Source: Candidatus Saelkia tenebricola
GTDB lineage: Bacteria > Omnitrophota > Gorgyraeia > Kaelpiales > Kaelpiaceae
DNA length: 64,000 nucleotides
Direction of reading: 5' to 3'
NCBI GenBank assembly: GCA_030765145.1
Contig: JAVCDA010000002.1
Span: 16,320-80,319, forward strand
Positions 30,501 through 38,950 of the stretch are shown piece after piece; position 1 is the first letter of the stretch; each line of letters starts with the position of its first letter. Under the pieces are notes generated by a model that ran no database searches, was not told the origin of the DNA, and saw only the letters and a program-made list of their open reading frames with translations. The position numbers and the translations under genes were made by a program.

Positions 30501-33337
30501 CAAACTTTGTAACAATTTATTTTTTCGAAATATTTGTCTTTTTTATTCAGAAAACGCGTTTTATGCCTAAATTCATCATAAAGGTCTGAATTCCAAATAT
30601 GGGAAAATCTTTTTTCTTTAACATTACCTAATATTAATTCATCTGCTTTGCAGCACGGTTTTACATCACCATTTGTTGTTATGCGTGTAAAATTCCATCC
30701 TGCATAACACGGTAGAGTATCTATAAAATCCCCATCCAAATAAGTTGTTTCTTTAACGATTGAATTAACTCTTCTTATAAAAGTTTCGATGCCTAAAATT
30801 GTTAAAAGATGTACTTCAAACGGAGTGTTTTTATCTTTATCATAACAGGAAGTGCGTAAAACACATTTTTTACATGTATTGTCGGAAAAATGATATTTCA
30901 CATGTCTTACATCTTTATCAGGATAAGGTGTTTTTCCTGTACTGTAGTTACCTTTAGGGCATTTTGCCATCCTAATCCCGTTAATTAATTGAAAATTTGA
31001 GTCTATTTTCTTTAAAAATCTTCCAAAATCAGAGAGTTCTTTACGGTGACTAGGGTTATCATAAATCAATAAATCTCGATCTGATATGAAATCAGGTATA
31101 TAATCCGACCTGTTTTTGAATTTATTAAGTATATCTTCAATCTCTTCTGCTTCTTTTTTTGTAATAAGCAAATGGTCTGTTTTTCCAGGGATAGAATCCA
31201 TAAATTGAAATTCTAAATAATCAACACCCATGTTAAGAGCAAAATCGAGCATTTCAGGTATATTTCTGTAATTTACTTTAGAAATCACATTGTATATTTT
31301 AAGAGCAGGAGTATCGTTTTTTCTCGTTTTTATTAAATATTTAAGATTGTTTCCTATTTTTTCAAACATATCTTCGCTTGATCCAGGATGGGTTTTACAA
31401 TATGTCTTAGCATCCCCAGCCCATAGGCTTGCTGTAATGTAATTTAATCCTAATCGGATGAGGCGAGTAATTGTTTCTTTATCAAAAAGAGTGAAGTTTG
31501 TTATCAAATGACATCTCATTCCTCGGGCTTTTATATATTTAATAATTTCAAAAATTTCCGGATGCATTAATGGTTCTCCACCGCCTGTGATCTGTATTTC
31601 TTCGGTATCCAGCTTATGAAGTTCATCAACCAGATTCTTTATAACGTTAAGGTCAAGATGTTTTTGAAGTTCGGGATCCTGGCGATTTTTGTTTATAAAT
31701 GGTGAGTAAAGCCAGCACCCAATGCATGAAATATTGCATTTGTTGGTTACGTCAATAACAGCAATTTTAGGTCCGCAATATGCTCCGTTTCCTTTTAAAA
31801 TACCTTTAAGCAGATCATTGCTTTTTCTGGTTATATCCGTTATTTCTTTGGTTTTGGAGAATGAAGACATATGTTTTTTTACATTAAGATAAGAGTTTTT
31901 CTTTTCCCAGGCAAATTTAATTCCATAGAGTTTCACACAATCCAGAAAAAGTTTGAGTTCTTGCGGTAATGTTTTTTTAAGCAAAAGTTTGTTTTTATGC
32001 TCGAACCAGCTTCGATATGCTTTGTTTAAATAATTCTCCAATTCCTCAGGGGTGACATTCTCAATGTTTATTACCGCTGCTTTATGACCGTCAAATAACC
32101 CCCAGTCATTCGGTTCTTCCCAGCCTCGCTCTTTAAGAATATTAAAATAACTTGTTCCGGGAAATGGTGTTGTTATTGAGAACTGAACGGAATAGGGATT
32201 CAATTTTTTTGCTAAGTCAATTGTTTCTTCTATTGTTTCTTTTGTTTCGCCCGGCAAACCGAATGTAAAGGTTAGATGAGTTTTAATCCCCAGCTTGTTT
32301 GTTAAATGTATCATTTTTACAGCATGTTTTAAGTCCATGTTTTTATTGGCGTTGTCGACTAATTTTTGAACTGCGGACTCAACGCCGTATTTTACAGAAT
32401 AAAGACCTGATGAGCGAAGCTCACATAGTAGCTCTTCGTCCATTAAATCAGGCCTTGCCATAATTGCCCAAGGGAATTTTAATTTCCTATTTTTTATTTC
32501 TTTGGCAATGTTAATAAGAAATTTCTTATTAACATTTGCTGTATCATCGTCTATATAAATAGATTTAAATCCCATTTCTTTTATTAGATATTCCATTTCA
32601 TCTACAACTTTATAAGGATTGCGTAATCGGTAAGTACTACCTTGATACATAATGTGCGGCCAGAGACAAAAAATACATTCATAAGGACATCCTCTTGAGG
32701 CCCACATCTGAACAGATGGAAGAGGCATGCCTCCAGGAGCATCAACGTAGTTTTGCATTTGGATATTATTTCTATGTGGCCAGGGTAATGAGTCCAATTC
32801 TTTTATAAGAGGCCTGGGGTGGTTTTTACACAATTGCCCGGAGTGCCTGTATATCAATCCTTTAACAGATGAAAAATCCTTATTCTGTTTTATTGTTTGC
32901 GCTAATTCAAGAAGAGTTTCTTCATATTCTCCTACCATTACAAAATCTATAAAAGGTTTGTTTTCTAAAAACGACAAGTTTCTCATGTTGTATTCAGGTC
33001 CACATACAACAATCGGTGCGATATTTCTCAATTGTTCTAACAGAGATAAGTCATACTGTAATGATGGTGTTGATGTCTCTGCTACAATTAGATCAGGATT
33101 TTTTTGTTTTAAGAGTTTCATGAAATCTGATATTTCAATCTGTTCTGCAATAGCGTCTATAAACTCTGCCTGAAATCCATTTTTTATAAGTAAAGAAGTA
33201 GCATATCCCAGGAAAAATGGATAAGGTAAATAGTCTTTCTCGCTATAAGGATGTTTTAGATGAGGCCACCTGGATCCGGCTCGCACTCCCCAAAGGCCGT
33301 TACTTTTCCAGGGCATATTGGTAATTATTATTTTCAT
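27551..33337 (-). CDS. Tetra-modular radical SAM protein: B12-binding rSAM + three rSAM-SPASM/twitch modules + embedded CBM6/35-like domain
   Basis: CPYECIFC, CNISCIGC, CNNDCIGC, CQLKCNAC; three GGGEP motifs; three PCYxGWxFxRI/L...GN...C.K.CD auxiliary-cluster domains. Confidence 0.9.
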   Translation of the reverse strand: MKIIITNMPWKSNGLWGVRAGSRWPHLKHPYSEKDYLPYPFFLGYATSLLIKNGFQAEFIDAIAEQIEISDFMKLLKQKNPDLIVAETSTPSLQYDLSLLEQLRNIAPIVVCGPEYNMRNLSFLENKPFIDFVMVGEYEETLLELAQTIKQNKDFSSVKGLIYRHSGQLCKNHPRPLIKELDSLPWPHRNNIQMQNYVDAPGGMPLPSVQMWASRGCPYECIFCLWPHIMYQGSTYRLRNPYKVVDEMEYLIKEMGFKSIYIDDDTANVNKKFLINIAKEIKNRKLKFPWAIMARPDLMDEELLCELRSSGLYSVKYGVESAVQKLVDNANKNMDLKHAVKMIHLTNKLGIKTHLTFTFGLPGETKETIEETIDLAKKLNPYSVQFSITTPFPGTSYFNILKERGWEEPNDWGLFDGHKAAVINIENVTPEELENYLNKAYRSWFEHKNKLLLKKTLPQELKLFLDCVKLYGIKFAWEKKNSYLNVKKHMSSFSKTKEITDITRKSNDLLKGILKGNGAYCGPKIAVIDVTNKCNISCIGCWLYSPFINKNRQDPELQKHLDLNVIKNLVDELHKLDTEEIQITGGGEPLMHPEIFEIIKYIKARGMRCHLITNFTLFDKETITRLIRLGLNYITASLWAGDAKTYCKTHPGSSEDMFEKIGNNLKYLIKTRKNDTPALKIYNVISKVNYRNIPEMLDFALNMGVDYLEFQFMDSIPGKTDHLLITKKEAEEIEDILNKFKNRSDYIPDFISDRDLLIYDNPSHRKELSDFGRFLKKIDSNFQLINGIRMAKCPKGNYSTGKTPYPDKDVRHVKYHFSDNTCKKCVLRTSCYDKDKNTPFEVHLLTILGIETFIRRVNSIVKETTYLDGDFIDTLPCYAGWNFTRITTNGDVKPCCKADELILGNVKEKRFSHIWNSDLYDEFRHKTRFLNKKDKYFEKINCYKVCDNLGMNLMVHKKVLEHTKKTEFQKQPSIKTIYNKNKIIIPSQSFSRGNLNKADNGFGNNLVIDGGAGFGFAEYLFDTNEPGLYKLFSKYAAEIPRPVEIKIDGEYFGKIMKSSTSGWTKKHLKLFPEIEVYLKNGPHKIELFSGSYFPHFARLELEIKTQDYDKNCFCDPSSVYKKKEPLKLLKESFKTHGRKATFKRITKFLIPRNFINHYLDIIGVFDGEFAYKGPFHIQIDLTNDCNNDCIGCWCNSPLLEEKKMSQEMKKQYLPKAIIKELLDEAKTLGAKEVYYSGGGEPFMHPEIMQILEYTKKLGLICYVNTNFTLLSKEKIDRIIDIGVDHLTVSVWAGTPKTYARTHPNKTEATFAQIKENLTYLNKQKNKTPYIKLYQVIFNLNYHEIKQMIEFAQYTKCESVEFTLIDTIPGKTEALALNREERKQLHKTCQSVAREMMLNFDYKGVHLFRFDQFLRRISKEKETLEAKYDKNIIDAIPCYIGWLFARILPDGNINTCLKSHRFPVGNLYEEKFSQIWNSPKQIYCRKKMLCYAKNDNFFKLIGNDPNTEEAGCYKSCDDIGRNIHMHKKIMSLTHVERFFLNLFVKYKRYKRKKAPQLPINKKPLLKTPIKLTAGIINGRCAYQGPEHIVIDVTNKCQLKCNACWLYSTHLKEHKPSPEWLAKQIPYKRMASFIDEASGMGARIIRFTGGGEPLLYEGILDLLDLTKSRNIKTTLTTNFYNIKESMLKDIIKLNLDEMALSIWAPDAYTYTQMHPGTKIADFEKIRENITILNSLKGKQTKVTIANVITNNNFDKIFQMAQFAKETGADAVYFTFADVFKGETDFLLLNENQYIKSKEELIKAENYLKDNNIEIENLIGFKERIESRTPTGNYDRNRIDKIPCYVGWFFTRLLGNGEIIPCCRGINYPMGNIMLQSFNDIWYSQLYNGFRARAKLLKKTQPYFAKMDCFKECDNLMHNEEIHERIFSKNT

Positions 33338-34098
33338 TACACGTTAAATTCCAACACGATTTTAAAAATTTTATGACAGCCTGCATTATATATCTTCTCG
33401 TTTAGTAATGCAGCCTGAACAAAATATCCGTTTGAGAATCTGGTTGTATTTTGGATGATTATTTGTGATACATTAATAGAGTCAATAATAGAAAATTTTA
33501 ATTTTCCAATCTCTGAAGAATTATCCCTAATTTTAAACGAAACTTCTTTTTCGTTTAGTGGAAATTTAACAATATTTTTAATATTGGTTGTTTTAGGTAG
33601 AGAAAACTCTCTATTTTTCACCGATATCTGATTATTAATGCAAGTATGATTTAAGATGATTCCAGATTGAAATTCTTCGATAGAAATGCTGTTTTCCAGA
33701 TTCAAAAACACTTCCCATATCATTGTGTTAGATTTTAATGAGATTTCCCAGAGTTGCGTAAGCGGTAAATTCCACCAGTATTGTTTTACAAGAATTTTAT
33801 TGTTATTGAGTTTCTGAAAAGAAAATTTTGATTGGATAGAGTCATGATATTTATCCAAATTTTTCAATCTACTGCTTAATCCCACATTATTTGTTAGAGA
33901 TATATCTTTAAAGTTTATATGTATCTGAGTGGGATTAGCGGTAACCCTAATATCATTTGCATTGACAGATATTGTTTTTAAGCCTTTTATTTTTTTTGAT
34001 TTTATTTTAAACGAAACATAGTCCCAGGTTTTCATAAAAGTTAATAGAACACCATTTTCTTTAAAATGATGGAAAGTTTTTTTAACTATTTCCATCAT
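33337..34098 (-). CDS. Hypothetical beta-rich protein, paralogous to the Wzt C-terminal extension
   Basis: Shares LTxxxGLxS...DS and W..LP..Q.W motifs with the 34082 ORF. Confidence 0.7.
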   Translation of the reverse strand: MMEIVKKTFHHFKENGVLLTFMKTWDYVSFKIKSKKIKGLKTISVNANDIRVTANPTQIHINFKDISLTNNVGLSSRLKNLDKYHDSIQSKFSFQKLNNNKILVKQYWWNLPLTQLWEISLKSNTMIWEVFLNLENSISIEEFQSGIILNHTCINNQISVKNREFSLPKTTNIKNIVKFPLNEKEVSFKIRDNSSEIGKLKFSIIDSINVSQIIIQNTTRFSNGYFVQAALLNEKIYNAGCHKIFKIVLEFNV

Positions 34099-34762
34099 TT
34101 TCTTCTATCTTTATCGTAGTTTGTAAAGTTATAGAATAATCTTCTGCTATTGATTGTTGGGAAGGATTTATAAATAGCGTTTGTATTATTCGGGCGGAAT
34201 CATTAGGAGATGTGTTTTCTATGGCAATAAGAGCATTTGGTTCTGTTAGAGGAGGAACAATTTTTAAAAGCGGAAGTTTTTTTGTTTTATCTGCACTTAA
34301 TATAACTTCTACCCCTTTTATCTTAGGACTAGACCATATTCTATCCCATAGTAAACCGTTATAATTAGTAAAAAACTCAGGAAATTTACCTGCTGCATAA
34401 TCATTGATTTTCCAAGAGGTATACATCTCATTCAGCATGAAATTTTGCTGAATCATATTAATTGTAAAATTATTTAGATTCTTACAAGTAATATTCCACT
34501 GTAATGTATTGTCTGTAAGAATAAAGTCCCATGTTTGCCGGTGTGGTGCATTAATCCATTCCCCATAAAGTTTAAGCTTATCTTGAGTTATCTCAATAAC
34601 TTCCCAAGTTGCAAAACGGGAATCAAACCATTTTTGTTCATGATATATACTGGAATATAACCCCAGGTTTTTTGTTAAAATTATGTTTTTGTATGATAAA
34701 CTGCAATATCCCAGTAGAAAATCAATTTGAATGCGTTTGTTTTTTAAAGACAGTTCTTTCAT
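34082..34762 (-). CDS. Hypothetical beta-rich protein, paralogous to the Wzt C-terminal extension
   Basis: LTKNLGLYSS...WFDS...W motif aligns by eye with Wzt ITTDLGIFAS...YS...W. Confidence 0.7.
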   Translation of the reverse strand: MKELSLKNKRIQIDFLLGYCSLSYKNIILTKNLGLYSSIYHEQKWFDSRFATWEVIEITQDKLKLYGEWINAPHRQTWDFILTDNTLQWNITCKNLNNFTINMIQQNFMLNEMYTSWKINDYAAGKFPEFFTNYNGLLWDRIWSSPKIKGVEVILSADKTKKLPLLKIVPPLTEPNALIAIENTSPNDSARIIQTLFINPSQQSIAEDYSITLQTTIKIEENDGNS

Positions 34763-36621
34763 AGGCTTAAGGTTATCAGAAAGTCATTTTGATTTATAAT
34801 AGATAAAAATTTTATATTTATTCCGACATCATAGTTGTCTTTGACTATTTCAATAGTTGTTTCGCGGTTAAGCTTAATATTAAGCGGCTGAATTAAATTT
34901 TTCGTCGATTCTAATCTCAAATTGCTTGCCGTTAAAATGCTTGTTTTTTCTGTAACAGTTCCTTCTGTATGGTCGGTTGTATAATGTTTGTAAAGCAAAT
35001 CAGGAAATATGACAAAACCTATTGATATAGCAGGGGTTGATGAAGAGAGCTTAAACGTTACCTTGTTTTTATGTGTAGCAGATGAAAATAGAAGCGATGC
35101 ATTGTTTTTGATAAAATATATTGAGAATTGGGTGTTAGGAAAATCTTCAATATTTATGTCTTGGCACTTGAAATCTTCAAGCGCTTTTTTTTGAGTGTTA
35201 CTCAAGAAGTTTATTCTTTTGATAAGCGGTGATTGTATTTTTTTGTTCTGAATTAACGAATTGTTGATTTCCGTTAGTAAATCAGCAATAATCAGAAGGT
35301 TGTTTGACTGTTTTATCTGATGAGTATTTTTTTCTGTGAGTAACATTTTTAAGCTTATACTGGATTCAGTAACAGGAATTCGTACCACTCGCGCAGGATG
35401 ATTGAAATAGTGATTAAATAGTTCAAAACACACTGTTTTATCCGAGTAGGTGAATAATGAAACTTCCGGATAGTCTATTTTTGATTGAGGAATTATCTTT
35501 AAATGATTCGAGGACATTTCGCCTTGTTTATACCATTCACTCATTAATTCCTTATCTACCGGCGGTAGTTCTAAAACATCATTTTGCGTCTGGAATTTTG
35601 AATAGATATCACAAAACATTAAGTTTAATTCCATCTCAGGAAATTCTGATTCTAGAAAAAAACTTATATTTTCTTGGGATATTTTTATCTTGAATATACA
35701 TACTGGATTATCGGCATATATCCCTTTAGCTTCAATATAATCGAATTTTTCAGTTGTCTTCCACGATAAATCCGTAGAATATATTATCGCGTTATTTTTT
35801 TTATAAGAAGCAAATATGCCCAAATCTGTTGTTATGGCCTGATTTTTATGCCTTATAGTTATTCTTCCGTTGTTAAAAACCAGATTGGTTTTTTCATTTT
35901 TAACACAAGCTATCCCCCACAAATTCCCGGATAAATCTGTAAATATATTTTTTACTTCTTCCATGCTTCCTTGAGCAAATATTTTGCCTTTTTCCAAAAC
36001 AATGCATCTTTGACATAATAGATTAGCTAAATCAAAATTATGTGTTACAAGGATTACTGTTTTACCGCTCGATATAATGTTTTTTATTTTTATGATGCAT
36101 TTTTTTTGAAAATGAAAATCTCCGACAGCTAAAATATCATCTATAATCAATATCTCAGGGTCGGTATGAATTGCCAGTGAGAATGCCAATCTTAAGTACA
36201 TTCCCTGAGAATATGTTTTCAATGGCGCGTATATAAAATCCTTTAATTCTGAAAACTCAATAATATTATTTAAAACGTTTTGATCATGAATTCCATAAAA
36301 TTTAAGAACCATTTTAATGTTCTCATATCCTGTAAGTTCAGGGATAAAACCTGCTTCCAGTTCAAAAATACCCCGCACATTTCCGTTAACAGTGATTTCT
36401 CCTTTATCAGGCTTAATTATCCCCGCTATTGATTTTAAAAGTGTAGTCTTGCCTGCTCCATTAGACCCTAAGACAGCCAGTACCTCCCCCTTATATACAG
36501 TAAGAGTAATATCATCTATAGCTTTGATTTCTTTTTCTATCTGTTTTTCAGGATAGCTGAATTTTATCCTGTAATTTTCAGAAACATTTTTTACTGTAAC
36601 AGCAATATTCTCATTTACCAT
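34759..36621 (-). CDS. wzt: Polysaccharide ABC exporter ATP-binding subunit with ~380-aa C-terminal extension
   Basis: GSNGAGKTT, ELTGYEN, PLKTYSQGMYLRLAFS, LIIDDILAVGD..FQKKC, LVTH. Confidence 0.93.
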   Translation of the reverse strand: MVNENIAVTVKNVSENYRIKFSYPEKQIEKEIKAIDDITLTVYKGEVLAVLGSNGAGKTTLLKSIAGIIKPDKGEITVNGNVRGIFELEAGFIPELTGYENIKMVLKFYGIHDQNVLNNIIEFSELKDFIYAPLKTYSQGMYLRLAFSLAIHTDPEILIIDDILAVGDFHFQKKCIIKIKNIISSGKTVILVTHNFDLANLLCQRCIVLEKGKIFAQGSMEEVKNIFTDLSGNLWGIACVKNEKTNLVFNNGRITIRHKNQAITTDLGIFASYKKNNAIIYSTDLSWKTTEKFDYIEAKGIYADNPVCIFKIKISQENISFFLESEFPEMELNLMFCDIYSKFQTQNDVLELPPVDKELMSEWYKQGEMSSNHLKIIPQSKIDYPEVSLFTYSDKTVCFELFNHYFNHPARVVRIPVTESSISLKMLLTEKNTHQIKQSNNLLIIADLLTEINNSLIQNKKIQSPLIKRINFLSNTQKKALEDFKCQDINIEDFPNTQFSIYFIKNNASLLFSSATHKNKVTFKLSSSTPAISIGFVIFPDLLYKHYTTDHTEGTVTEKTSILTASNLRLESTKNLIQPLNIKLNRETTIEIVKDNYDVGINIKFLSIINQNDFLITLSL

Positions 36622-36668
36622 AGTTTTTCCTAATTCTGTTTTTTACTGCATAATATTTTATAACAATT

Positions 36669-37430
36669 TCAAATTTTTTTCAGGATTGAATTCTCCATTT
36701 TTTTATATAAAAAATAAGCCAGAATCAAAAATAATACAGCAAATATGAAAGCGTAAACATTGCCTCTACCCATAAAAGATGAGTAGTTTTCCAGCAATAC
36801 GCTTCTGTAAAGATCTATGAAATATGAAAGAGGATTACAATAAATTATAAATCTAAATCTTAACGGTACCATCAGAGGATTGTAGAAAACAGGTGTTAGC
36901 CAAAATAAAACCATAAGAACTGTTCCTAAAATGTGTTCTAAGTCTCTGATGTATAAATTGGTTATAGAAATTATAATCGTAACTGCTGCCAAAAATATAG
37001 TAAAGGAAACTGTTGGAATAATCAAGAGTATGAATTTATATAATAAAGCAGGATTATAAAAAGCAAAAACAGGCAGAAGTACCGCTATTCCTATTAAATG
37101 TTGAATTAGATTTGAACATGTTACAGAGAGAGGATACAAGAGATGAGAAAATGGAAATTGATGCATCATGGGTTTTTCTCTTACAAAAGCCTGGGTAGCT
37201 TCCGTTGTTAGATTGGTAAAATACAACCAGGGAATAAGCCCTGAAAGAACAAAAATATGAAAATCTTTCTGATCTATTTTGAGTACTTTCATAAAAACAA
37301 ATGTTATAGCAATCATTAGAATTATAGGTATCAAACCTGCCCACAAAATACCCAGAAAGGTAGAAGCATATTTGAATTTTAAATTTCTAATTGTTAAATC
37401 TCTTAAATTCTCGATGGTTTTTATTAGCAC
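36669..37430 (-). CDS. wzm: Polysaccharide ABC exporter permease
   Basis: KY..TFLG.LW, GLIPW.YF, RDL.H, FWLTPVFY, NPL...I..YR. Confidence 0.95.
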   Translation of the reverse strand: MLIKTIENLRDLTIRNLKFKYASTFLGILWAGLIPIILMIAITFVFMKVLKIDQKDFHIFVLSGLIPWLYFTNLTTEATQAFVREKPMMHQFPFSHLLYPLSVTCSNLIQHLIGIAVLLPVFAFYNPALLYKFILLIIPTVSFTIFLAAVTIIISITNLYIRDLEHILGTVLMVLFWLTPVFYNPLMVPLRFRFIIYCNPLSYFIDLYRSVLLENYSSFMGRGNVYAFIFAVLFLILAYFLYKKMENSILKKI

Positions 37431-38314
37431 CTGTTTCTCTCCTTGATAAAACTTTGCAATTCTTTTAATGCTGTTTTTGTATAGCTATAATTGCTTATTA
37501 ATAAAAATATTAATCGCGGCAGGTCATATAATAACAGGGATAAAATAATATAGGCCGTATTTTTAAGTTTAAAATATTTTAAAATAAGAAAATATCTGTT
37601 TCTAAAAGAAAGGTATTGGGCGTGTTTTGAATTTATATTGCTCCCGCCGCGATAATGATATCCAATAGCTTCGGGGATATATTCAAAACGGTATCCTTTA
37701 TTCTGAGCTCTGATAGCAACATCGAAATCTTCCACCAGATAATGTAGTTTAGAATCGAAATATTCTCCATTTGCACCAACTATGTTTTCTAACATCGATC
37801 TTTTATATACAGCTGCACATGCACATGGTCCGATGACTTTTAAAGAAGAGGCTTTAAAATTTTTATATAATTTTCCTGCTCCGTGGTCATAGAAACGATA
37901 GAATTTAGTTAATATAATACCTAAAGAATCAATACGCTTAGGATCTCTCATGTTTAAAACAGTACCTCCCCACATACCGGTATCAAACGATGCATTTAAA
38001 CTTCTGTGGATAATTTTAGAAATATAGTCTGGTTGTAAAATAACATCAGAATCAAGTGTCATAACATATTCAGAATTTGTGTTTTTTATAACCTGGTTTC
38101 TGGCAAAACATACTCCGTAATTTTTAATATTCCTAATAACAGGAATATTAAACTCGTTTAAAATATCCGCTGTATCGTCTTGGGAATTGTTATCAACAAC
38201 CCTTATTTCCACATAGGGATAATCTTGAGCTAAAACTGATTTTAGACATTTTTTAATAAACTTCCCGGCATTATATGCAGGTATTATCACCACTACCTTA
38301 GAATAACTATCCAT
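37424..38314 (-). CDS. Glycosyltransferase family 2
   Basis: IIPAYN, VVDNNSQD, LDSD, EDFD. Confidence 0.93.
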   Translation of the reverse strand: MDSYSKVVVIIPAYNAGKFIKKCLKSVLAQDYPYVEIRVVDNNSQDDTADILNEFNIPVIRNIKNYGVCFARNQVIKNTNSEYVMTLDSDVILQPDYISKIIHRSLNASFDTGMWGGTVLNMRDPKRIDSLGIILTKFYRFYDHGAGKLYKNFKASSLKVIGPCACAAVYKRSMLENIVGANGEYFDSKLHYLVEDFDVAIRAQNKGYRFEYIPEAIGYHYRGGSNINSKHAQYLSFRNRYFLILKYFKLKNTAYIILSLLLYDLPRLIFLLISNYSYTKTALKELQSFIKERNRC

Positions 38315-38348
38315 TTAAGTATTTATGCCACCTCTAAAATAATAAATG

Positions 38349-38945
38349 CTAATCCTTCTTTCCGTACTTATTGAAATATAGTATTTTCTCCAATGGTCTT
38401 TTAGGTACGTAATGAATACCTTTTTTATCTTGGTAGTATTTTGTTTTTTTATCTGTTTCTATAGTTTTTGGGGTCTCTTTCGGATATCCTAATGCAATTA
38501 AGGAATCAAGCTTTACGTGTTTTGGTAAGCTTAAAATTTTAGAGATTTCTTTTTTATTTATTGCGCCCAACCAACAGCTTGCTATTTTAAAACCCAATGC
38601 CGACAACATGATGTTTTCAGCCGCAGCACCGAGATCCCTTAAATCAGATTTTGAGCTTCTAGTACAATTTATAGCAATCCCTACATAATAAAGAGGTCTT
38701 TCCTTAATACCAGGAGTTCCTTGGGGATATATATATGCAGCCCATTTTGTATAAGGGAATATTCTTTGTGTCGTTTTGTTATTGGTTATTAATATATATT
38801 CCAAAAACTGTAAATTTGCAGCGCTCGGCGCACATCTGGCAGCATTAATAATCTTTTTTAAAACAGGAAGTGTTATTTTACGTCGAGAAAATTTTCTAAC
38901 AGTTCTTCTTTTGATAATCAAACTATATAACTCATTTTTTTCCAT
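38349..38945 (-). CDS. Nitroreductase family protein
   Basis: RRTVRKF, APSAANLQ, D.GAAAENIMLSA....IASCW, IALGYP. Confidence 0.93.
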   Translation of the reverse strand: MEKNELYSLIIKRRTVRKFSRRKITLPVLKKIINAARCAPSAANLQFLEYILITNNKTTQRIFPYTKWAAYIYPQGTPGIKERPLYYVGIAINCTRSSKSDLRDLGAAAENIMLSALGFKIASCWLGAINKKEISKILSLPKHVKLDSLIALGYPKETPKTIETDKKTKYYQDKKGIHYVPKRPLEKILYFNKYGKKD

Positions 38946-38950
38946 ATTAA

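Noticed and set aside
23622-33337. rSAM-SPASM domains as RiPP maturases
   Set aside because: No precursor peptide, PqqD/RRE domain or peptidase-ABC transporter seen; the context (GTs, wzm/wzt, CBM) points to glycans.
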